From positions 1 to 18,165 of the forward strand of contig JAYODI010000102.1 in NCBI GenBank assembly GCA_038279365.1: 18,165 nucleotides of DNA, written 5' to 3'. The notes beneath the pieces are model-generated. The model did no database searches and was not told where the DNA came from. It was given only the letters and a program-made list of their open reading frames with translations. The stretch is from Candidatus Latescibacterota bacterium. Its GTDB lineage: Bacteria; Latescibacterota; UBA2968. Of the stretch, positions 1 through 6,411 are shown one piece after another; position 1 is the stretch's first letter; the number at the start of each line of letters is the position of its first letter. The position numbers and the translations under genes were made by a program.

Positions 1-2
1 TG

Positions 3-140
3 CGAATCGACGAAACTGCGAATCAGCGAAACTGCGAAACCACGAATCAACGAAACTGCGAATCAAAATCTTTGCGTCCATTCGCCTATTCGCCTATTCG
101 CCTATTCGTCCATTCGTCCATTCGTCCATTCGTCTATTCG
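3..140. repeat. Two oppositely oriented octamer tandem arrays: 8 x CGAAnnnn (3-66) and 8 x nnnATTCG (77-140)
   Basis: Left units: cgaatcga, cgaaactg, cgaatcag, cgaaactg, cgaaacca, cgaatcaa, cgaaactg, cgaatcaa. Right units: tccattcg, cctattcg x3, tccattcg x3, tctattcg. The left array may extend beyond the window edge. Confidence 0.95.
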
Positions 141-148
141 AAATCTTT

Positions 149-562
149 CTACGTGAGTTCTTGTCTTGCACCCAGTGTCCAGGCACGGGGGTGGTGATCA
201 AATCCGATATGGGGATAGTACTCGGCAGCGGCAGGGGCGGCAAGTAGAATTAAGCCTGCTGTGGGTTCGAGTGCGGCTTGGGTGCGGCGAATAAGTTCTT
301 TGCCAATGCCTTGTTTTTGATGCGTTTCTCTTACGGCAAGGTCAGAGAGATAGGCACAAAAATGAAAATCGGTGACGGTGCGTGAGATGCCAACAAGGAG
401 GTTCTCGTCCCAGGCGGTGACGATGAGGTTGGCATGTTCGATCATACCTGCCATGCAGGTTCTGTTGTCTATGGGGCGACGTTCGCCCAGCGTGGATGCT
501 TTGTAAAGTTCGATAACCTCATCGAGGTTGAGGTCATTGCCTATTTGATAGGTGATGGGCAT
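149..562 (-). CDS. GNAT family N-acetyltransferase
   Basis: 137 aa. Acetyl-CoA-binding motif A (YLSDLAVRETHQKQGIGKELI) and C-terminal AAEYYPHIGF. Start abuts the upstream gene's stop, with an SD-like AAGGAG upstream. Confidence 0.92.
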   Translation of the reverse strand: MPITYQIGNDLNLDEVIELYKASTLGERRPIDNRTCMAGMIEHANLIVTAWDENLLVGISRTVTDFHFCAYLSDLAVRETHQKQGIGKELIRRTQAALEPTAGLILLAAPAAAEYYPHIGFDHHPRAWTLGARQELT

Positions 563-1033
563 TTAGTTGAGAGCTCCTTCTTCTAACCATTGGGTGAGTT
601 GGGTCATGAGGTCTTCGTTTGGGAGTGCTTCGCGCAAGGGTTCTGTGAAGTTAAGCCGATAGCCGTTGGGGTCTATGATGATGACTTCACGTGTGTTCCA
701 AGGGCGATTGTGTTGTCCTGAGATTTGCAATTCGTTGTGTTTGCGGGCGCGTGTGGCAATGGCATCTACCGATTCGCGCAGGGCCGAAAAATTGAGTGTG
801 ACGCCGGTTCCTTTTGTGAGGGGTGCGGGGTGGGTGTGGTTTTCTTCTATGAGCATGATATCGGCATGAGGCGCCCAGCGCAAGTGCGATACAAAGGGTT
901 GCCCATTGGGCCCTGGCATTTGTGAGATAAGTGAAAAACCGAGAATGTCACAATACCAGCGTGTTGAGTGGTGCAGGTCTGTGACCAAGAGGGTGGTGTA
1001 GGCCGGCATTTGGTAATCGTATTGCGTATCCAT
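563..1033 (-). CDS. VOC family (glyoxalase/bleomycin-resistance-like) protein
   Basis: The likely real start is the ATG at 1033 (MDTQYDY..., 156 aa), preceded by AGAAAGGGG. VOC motifs: LLVTDLHHSTRWYCDILGF and RPWNTREVIIIDPNGYRLNF. The longer 349-aa ORF call overlaps the MFS gene. Confidence 0.88.
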   Translation of the reverse strand: MDTQYDYQMPAYTTLLVTDLHHSTRWYCDILGFSLISQMPGPNGQPFVSHLRWAPHADIMLIEENHTHPAPLTKGTGVTLNFSALRESVDAIATRARKHNELQISGQHNRPWNTREVIIIDPNGYRLNFTEPLREALPNEDLMTQLTQWLEEGALN

Positions 1034-1065
1034 AGATCCCCTTTCTGTTGGGCAAACAGAAGATT

Positions 1066-2242
1066 TTAGACCGTTTCTAATGCGATGGGCGATTTTTGTG
1101 CGCGTCTTAAGAGGGTGAGAAGAGAGATGCCTGTGAGTGTGATGACGCCGACAATCCAGTAGGTTGCGATGGTGCCGTTGTGGTCGAGATACATGCCCAA
1201 GAGGGGCGAAAAAAATGCAAAACTTAAGTTGCCTGATAAGCTGACAATGGATATGACTGTGGCGCGATTTTGATCTTTTATTTGTCGGTTGATATAGCCT
1301 GTAAGCGTGGGGCGATAAGCACCGCGCACAATTTGTTGGAGAGCTAAAAAAACGATTGCAACTGGCATAATAAAGAATGTGGGCAATAAAAATGAGAGTG
1401 CCAAAAGCAGACCCATGACGAGTAAAGCAATGCGATATTTTTTGATGTGGTTGACCAATACTTTGGCCGAAAAGGCAGCAATGATGTTGAAGAAACAAAA
1501 GATGGCACCAAACCACACAATGTCGATGCTGACATGTGTGAAGTAGGGTTCGTAGAGCCAAAAACCACTTCGGCTTGCAAAACCGATAAGGGCTGACAGC
1601 CCCATGACCCAAAGAATGCGGGGTGATTTGATGACAAGGTGTAGATTTTGAAGAATGTGTGCCTGATAGCTTTGGGTGCTTTTTTCTCTTTCAATTTCGA
1701 CAAAGCGCATGGCCAATGCACTGGCAGTAAAAGCACTGCCCACGCTGATCCAAAAAGGGGAGGTTGGGGTTGAGCGTGTAAAGCAAACTGCTGATAACAA
1801 CCCCTACGGCTTGTCCGGCAAAGATGAATGAGGCGGCACGCCCGTCGATGCGGGCATATTCGTCTTCGCGGCCCAAACGATGAAGGCTTTCATATAACAA
1901 GGCAGAGTCTGCACCACTGCCAAAGGTGAGCCCCAGACCAAAGAGGGCTTCGGCAAACGCAAAGGCGTAGAAAGATTGTGTGTGGATGTAGATGGTAAGT
2001 GCGATGCCGAGGCACAGACCAGCACAAAGCAATGAAAGCCGACGCGAAATTTTGTCGGCAACAACACCCGTGGGCACTTCAAAGATCACAACGGATAATG
2101 CGGCAATGGATTGTAGCCACATAATTTCGGTATAACTCAAGCCTTTCCATCGGAAATAAGGCGTGATGACGGGGCCGATGATGAGCATGCCGTAGAAGAA
2201 TCGATAGAGGGTGTAGTTTTGTATGTTGCGTTCGTAGGACAT
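1066..2242 (-). pseudogene. MFS transporter interrupted by a single-base frameshift (pseudogene, slippage site or sequencing error)
   Basis: The N-half (1691-2242) has MFS motif-A-like FEVPTGVVADKISRR and GSGADSALLYESL. The C-half continues in another frame. Removing one base from CTC CCC TTT TTG G (plus 1752-1760 aaaaagggg) gives ...NPNLPFWISVGSAF..., a 391-aa hydrophobic MFS. Confidence 0.88.
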
Positions 2243-2250
2243 GGTTAAGA

Positions 2251-2280
2251 AGCGGTCAGCTTTCAGTTTTCAGCGGTCAG
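2251..2280. repeat. Heptamer tandem repeat AG(C/T)nnTC x4
   Basis: agcggtc agctttc agttttc agcggtc ag, located 9 nt upstream of the MFS start codon. Confidence 0.8.
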
Positions 2281-2330
2281 TAAAACTTACATTGACGCAC
2301 CTTTGTGGTGATAGAGAATGGGTTTTAACA

Positions 2331-2366
2331 AATAAAAAACCCGCCGAAGCAAGGCTTCGGCGGGTT
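2331..2366 (-). terminator. Intrinsic terminator in the leader of the MFS operon (attenuator)
   Basis: Minus strand AACCCGCCGAAGC-CTT-GCTTCGGCGGGTT is a perfect 13-bp stem running into a U6 tract (UUUUUUAUU). It lies about 90 nt upstream of the MFS ATG. Confidence 0.9.
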
Positions 2367-2416
2367 CAAATCAATGGATGTGCGTTTGTTTATATCCGTA
2401 TGAATGCCCGCCGAAG
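2355..2416 (-). promoter_or_regulatory. Antiterminator hairpin competing with the terminator
   Basis: Minus-strand CTTCGGCGGG (2416-2407) is identical to part of the terminator 3' arm, so it is perfectly complementary to the terminator 5' arm CCCGCCGAAG (2364-2355). TTCA/TGAA and GGAT/ATCC pairs extend the stem inward. Confidence 0.75.
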
Positions 2417-2557
2417 TAGCTTTTTATGTCCTTCATTCTTAATCGTGGCAGATGAATTACGACCAAGACCCATATTGGAGCGTACATGACCATTGGCCAC
2501 GATAGCTGAAGCTGTCGCGGTCATGGGTTTGTTATGTTGGCGGGTAAAGATGGTCAT
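2390..2557 (-). CDS. Putative leader peptide, 55 aa: MTIFTRQHNKPMTATASAIVANGHVRSNMGLGRNSSATIKNEGHKKLLRRAFIRI
   Basis: Translated by hand from ATG 2557 to TAA 2392-2390. Weak SD AAGAGA upstream and an alternative in-frame ATG at 2524. It lies between a promoter and the terminator and contains the antiterminator arm. Confidence 0.6.
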   Translation of the reverse strand: MTIFTRQHNKPMTATASAIVANGHVRSNMGLGRNSSATIKNEGHKKLLRRAFIRI

Positions 2558-2598
2558 GTTGATTCTCTTGAGTTTTAAATGATTTGTTACCGAGGCTG

Positions 2599-2637
2599 AA
2601 GATAGGTCGGTTGGGTGAGTGATGTCAAGTTTTTTTT
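2599..2637 (-). promoter_or_regulatory. Sigma70-type promoter for the leader-MFS-VOC-GNAT operon
   Basis: Consensus -35 TTGACA (2628-2623), 18-nt spacer, -10 TATCTT (2604-2599), and an upstream A-tract resembling an UP element. Confidence 0.65.
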
Positions 2638-2818
2638 AGAAAAAAGATTCGCATATGGAAATAGATTTGTGATAAGTGCAATTAAAATAATTGTATATGG
2701 TTCGTCATTTTGTTATGAGGTTTGTATTGATATCGTGCTCTTGATAAAGATGTGTTTTGGGTTAATATCTGAATGTAAGTGTTACATTATTGGGTGAATA
2801 ATCAGGCAGGTTGGTTGC

Positions 2819-3115
2819 TCAAACCGAGGATAGTTCGGAGATACCTTTTAATTGCTCACCCATGTTTTTTTCGGTGATCTTAAGATCGTAGTCTACTTGC
2901 AGGTTCAGCCAATATTGTGGTGATTGACCAAAGGCACGGCCAAATAAAAGGGCCAATTCTGCTGTTATGGGGCGTGTACCATTTATCACATGCGATACGC
3001 GCATAGGTGAAATGCCAATTGTACGGGCGAATTTTGCCTGAGAAATATTTAATTCTTCTATGATTTCACGCAAGAATGATCCTGGATGTATGGGGGGTAA
3101 GCCGTTCTTAATCAT
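2819..3115 (-). CDS. higA: HigA family addiction module antitoxin (HTH-XRE)
   Basis: Motifs PPIHPGSFLREI, ISQAKFARTIGIS, RPITAELALLFGRAFGQSPQYWLNLQ. ATG 3115 is preferred over 3121 because of AGGAG spacing. Confidence 0.93.
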   Translation of the reverse strand: MIKNGLPPIHPGSFLREIIEELNISQAKFARTIGISPMRVSHVINGTRPITAELALLFGRAFGQSPQYWLNLQVDYDLKITEKNMGEQLKGISELSSV

Positions 3116-3127
3116 GGGCATCTCCTA

Positions 3128-3409
3128 TTAATGATAATCAACAATTTCAACATCTATTGCATTGCCATCTTCAAAGCGGAAACAAATGCGCCATTGGTTA
3201 TTGATGCGGATACTCCACTGACCAAGTCGGTTGCCTTTTAAGGGCTCCAAACGATTCGATGGTGGTAATCGGAGGTCGTTTAAACGTGTTGCTGCGTTTA
3301 GTTGTGTGAGTCGCATTGCTGCACGGATATGTATAGAGGGAGGATATCGGCGCGATTTTCCCGTTAAAAAAAAGCGTTGCGTTTCTGCGTCTGAAAATGA
3401 GCAAATCAT
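3128..3409 (-). CDS. higB: HigB family (RelE/ParE superfamily) toxin
   Basis: MICSFSDAET..., DLRLPPSNRLEPLKGNRLGQWSIRINNQWRICFRF, ending in VDYH. The toxin precedes the antitoxin, as in higBA. Start placed at ATG 3409 (93 aa). Confidence 0.93.
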   Translation of the reverse strand: MICSFSDAETQRFFLTGKSRRYPPSIHIRAAMRLTQLNAATRLNDLRLPPSNRLEPLKGNRLGQWSIRINNQWRICFRFEDGNAIDVEIVDYH

Positions 3410-3419
3410 AAGCAATAAA

Positions 3420-3448
3420 AAAGTAAACAAAATGTTTATGTTTGGCAA
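3420..3448 (-). promoter_or_regulatory. higBA promoter with palindromic operator
   Basis: -35 TTGCCA (3448-3443), 17-nt spacer, -10 TACTTT (3425-3420). The inverted repeat TAAACA-N3-TGTTTA (3424-3438) lies in the spacer. Confidence 0.6.
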
Positions 3449-3485
3449 ATTGTATTTGGTTGTCTCTTGATTGGTATTTTATGTG

Positions 3486-4676
3486 TCATTCTGGCAGGGA
3501 GATGGTCATCATATCTGCATTGCCAAAGTAGTCGGAGCCAAACAGTACGCGTTGTCCATCGGGGCTGAAGTTTTGGTGTGGATGTGCGGGACCACCACGG
3601 GGATGATGCCCTGCGGTGAGAAGTTTACGCCCCCCATTGACGAGGTCTATGAGGTAGATGTCGCCTTTGTGAGAGTCGCCAATGGCACGTCTGCGGTCTG
3701 GTGTGGCGGCGCAATGCCAGTAGGAGGCCACGGGAATTTGATCGTGAAACATCACTTCATTTGTGCGCACGTTGATGGAGGCGATGCCGTGTGGTTTGAG
3801 CCTGCGTGGGTCGGTGGGTTTTTGACCACCTGAGATGTTGAAGAACACATAATCTTCGGTGACCCACACTTCGTGTGTGATCCACTCGGTTGGGGCTTCT
3901 TGATAGAGGGGGTGGTTGTTGCTGCCATCGGCATTGACGAGCCACATACGTTGTGGGGCATCGCCACCTGTTTCGTGGCAGTAGAGAATTTCGCCAGACT
4001 TAAAGGGATTGGCTTGTACGTGGCCAATGCGAAAAGGCAAGTCGATGACGGTGGAAATGGCACCGGTTTTGAGATCGACACTTTGGAGCGCGTAGGTGGT
4101 ATCGGTTTTGTTGGGGGTGGTGCGAATGCCCACATAGGCGTGGGTTTCGTTGGCATCGAGGCTGAACCCGCCAGATTGGTTTGTGTTTTTGGGAAAGGTG
4201 GCAATGACTTTATTGTAGGCACTTGGTTTTTTAACTTTGCCAGTGGCACTGTCGCCCAATAGGGCACCTATGTTGGTGGCGACAAGTGAAGGCGATTCGT
4301 TTCGTTTGCCTTGCAGAGTGTACATGGTGGCTTCTTTGCGTGATAAAAAAACAGGGCCAACAGGGGCTTGGGTGAGTTGGATCAATTCACCCGTGGCTTC
4401 GGAATACGCAAAGTATTGGTAGCTGCCTGTGCGGTTAGATCGAAAGACAATATATTGGCCATCATGCGTCCATTGAGGGTGGGTTTGATAGGTTTTCATA
4501 TCTGAGGCGGGGTCTGTGGTTAGGGCTGTGACGGTGATACCTGTGAGTGAATCGACAAATGTTTTTCGTTCGGAGGGAAATCTGCGCCCCACTTCGGATG
4601 CATAGATTGTTGTGGCCAGTAAGAGGGGCAGGAGCCCGATAGTCAAGTAAGTGCGTACACGATTAGGGTGGAACAT
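3486..4676 (-). CDS. Oligogalacturonate lyase family (PL22-like) beta-propeller protein with signal peptide
   Basis: 396 aa. Motifs YQTHPQWTHDG, GHVQANP, YCHETGGDAPQRMW, ITHEVW and HPHQNFSPDGQRVLFGSD match the Ogl pattern. Hydrophobic N-terminus ending IYA. SD AAGGAG. Confidence 0.8.
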   Translation of the reverse strand: MFHPNRVRTYLTIGLLPLLLATTIYASEVGRRFPSERKTFVDSLTGITVTALTTDPASDMKTYQTHPQWTHDGQYIVFRSNRTGSYQYFAYSEATGELIQLTQAPVGPVFLSRKEATMYTLQGKRNESPSLVATNIGALLGDSATGKVKKPSAYNKVIATFPKNTNQSGGFSLDANETHAYVGIRTTPNKTDTTYALQSVDLKTGAISTVIDLPFRIGHVQANPFKSGEILYCHETGGDAPQRMWLVNADGSNNHPLYQEAPTEWITHEVWVTEDYVFFNISGGQKPTDPRRLKPHGIASINVRTNEVMFHDQIPVASYWHCAATPDRRRAIGDSHKGDIYLIDLVNGGRKLLTAGHHPRGGPAHPHQNFSPDGQRVLFGSDYFGNADMMTISLPE

Positions 4677-4685
4677 TGCAACTCC

Positions 4686-5405
4686 TTAGGTTGAGACAAG
4701 TGCGTTAAAGTGTGCGGGCACTTTTGTGTCGAAAGTCATTTCTGCTTTGGAATAGGGGTGTGTGATGGTAAGTGAAGCGGAGTGCAGCATGAGTCGTTTG
4801 ACGCCTTTTCCTTTTTGGCCATACGATTTGTCACCCACCACGGGAAAGCCTTTTTCGGCAAAGTGAACACGAATTTGATTTTTGCGCCCAGTGATGAGAT
4901 CGACTTCGAGCAAGCTGAAGTCGGCAGATTCTTTCAGCACTTTGTAACCTGTTTTGGCCAGTTTTCCTTTTTTAGGATCGCTTACTGAAAAGACTTTGAA
5001 GACGCTGTTTTCTGCCAAGTAAGATGTGATAACATCTTCTTTTTGGGGTAAGATGCCGTGCACGACTGCATAATATTTTTTCTTAAAGTTTTTCCATTCA
5101 TCCTGAAGATGACGTTTGGCTTCTTCGGTTTTGGCAAAGATGATAACACCCGATGTGTCTCTGTCGAGGCGGTGTACGACAAAAACGCGGTTTTTGGATT
5201 TTGAATTGCCTTTTTTGACATATTCGTTGAGGCGATAGTAGGCGGTTTCTTCTGTAATGCGATCCGTGCTGACGGTGAGGAGACCATTTATTTTATTGGC
5301 AACCAAAATGTCGCGATCTTCGTAGAGTATGGGTAGGCCTCTGGGTTGATATTTTTTGGGAGGTGGTTTAAAGTTTTTTACTTTGTCTTGCGGGGATTGG
5401 TTCAT
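4686..5405 (-). CDS. RluA family RNA pseudouridine synthase
   Basis: ILYEDRDILVANK, catalytic VHRLDRDTSG, ITGRKNQIRVH, PVVGDKSYG, RLMLHS. No S4 domain. Confidence 0.95.
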   Translation of the reverse strand: MNQSPQDKVKNFKPPPKKYQPRGLPILYEDRDILVANKINGLLTVSTDRITEETAYYRLNEYVKKGNSKSKNRVFVVHRLDRDTSGVIIFAKTEEAKRHLQDEWKNFKKKYYAVVHGILPQKEDVITSYLAENSVFKVFSVSDPKKGKLAKTGYKVLKESADFSLLEVDLITGRKNQIRVHFAEKGFPVVGDKSYGQKGKGVKRLMLHSASLTITHPYSKAEMTFDTKVPAHFNALVST

Positions 5406-5738
5406 TGTATGCCTGTTTGTAAGAGTTGATATGGTTTGTGCTAAGGCTTAGAATATAGGACAGATTTCATTATGAAAAATAATATTTTTATACGTTCTGG
5501 AAGGATGGTCATATAGGCAGTCAAATTTATTGTTCGACGGTGAAGATTGTAGATGCGGGGATTGACCCGGTGAGGCTCTTTTGAATTATAGGCGAGAGAA
5601 ATGGTGGGGTAGGTGAAAGATGCGATTGTGGCCTTGGGTGCGGTGGTGGGCTTTTGCGTAGTATGCCGTACGGTGGAATGGCGTGAAAAATCGGTGAATG
5701 TTTTTTGTGATGGATGAATCGCTTTTATGTTTTACGAC

Positions 5739-6206
5739 TTAATTTAAATAAAAAATGGAGAAGTTTAATACAGAAGCAAAACTGACCCACACGAAATAGG
5801 GAATAAGTAAATAAGATGCAGCTTTTGATTTTTGATAGAAGAACAATATGTTAAGCAAGATAAATAACCAAAGGACGATGATTTCAATGAATGCTAAGAA
5901 TGGGCTTTTTAAACCAAAAAATAAGAGTGACCATAAGGTGTTTAAGCCCAGTTGAACAAAGAAAACAATTCGAGCTGATTTTGTGTCTTTGTCAACGTTG
6001 TTCCAAATGAGGTAAAGAGAAATACCCATGAGAAAATAAAGGGTTATCCAAACGGGTCCAAAAAGCCAACTGGGTGGATTGAAAAAGGGTTTGTTTAAGG
6101 TGACATACCAAGTAGAGACGGATGATACTGTAAAAAACGATCCAATAACGCCTGCCAATTGGCAAATGACAATTGAGAAGATGAGTTTAAAATAATTGAT
6201 GTTCAT
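5739..6206 (-). CDS. tspO: TspO/MBR family tryptophan-rich sensory protein
   Basis: WYVTLNKPFFNPPSWLFGPVWITLY, QLGLNTLWSLLFFG, LLIPYFVWVSFASVLN. Five hydrophobic segments. Confidence 0.95.
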   Translation of the reverse strand: MNINYFKLIFSIVICQLAGVIGSFFTVSSVSTWYVTLNKPFFNPPSWLFGPVWITLYFLMGISLYLIWNNVDKDTKSARIVFFVQLGLNTLWSLLFFGLKSPFLAFIEIIVLWLFILLNILFFYQKSKAASYLLIPYFVWVSFASVLNFSIFYLN

Positions 6207-6411
6207 TGTGTTTACCTATGGGTTTTAATCAATTGGAGCAGGCTTTTACTGTATTTGAAGGCGTGTTTCTAATGGTCACCAACAACATGGATCGGATGGA
6301 GCAAGTTGCCAAATAGTGCAAGGCGTTGTCCTGAGATATCGCCAGGTCCACAGGTTTGGAGCGCGTGTCATAAAGTGCGGATCTATCCTTGTTTCGACCA
6401 TTTTTTTAATG

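Noticed and set aside
3-140. CRISPR array
   Set aside because: The units are 8-nt tandem repeats with no unique spacers, and there are no cas genes.
1034-1612. N-terminal extension of the 349-aa ORF 563..1612
   Set aside because: It overlaps the MFS C-half in another frame and has non-protein-like His/Cys/Arg composition. A good SD and ATG exist at 1033.
2331-2592. Known riboswitch or T-box as the sensor upstream of the terminator
   Set aside because: I could not find a T-box UGGNACC bulge or recognisable TPP, cobalamin, SAM or FMN consensus elements. An Rfam search is needed to exclude this fully.
2241-2797. Plus-strand ORFs 2241..2489 and 2615..2797
   Set aside because: No SD or recognisable domain. 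They are antisense to the leader, terminator and promoter, which explain this region better.
5440-5700. Long open minus-strand frame in the rluA-tspO gap
   Set aside because: No plausible start or SD near its 5' end and no recognisable motif. Open frames are common on this C/A-rich strand.
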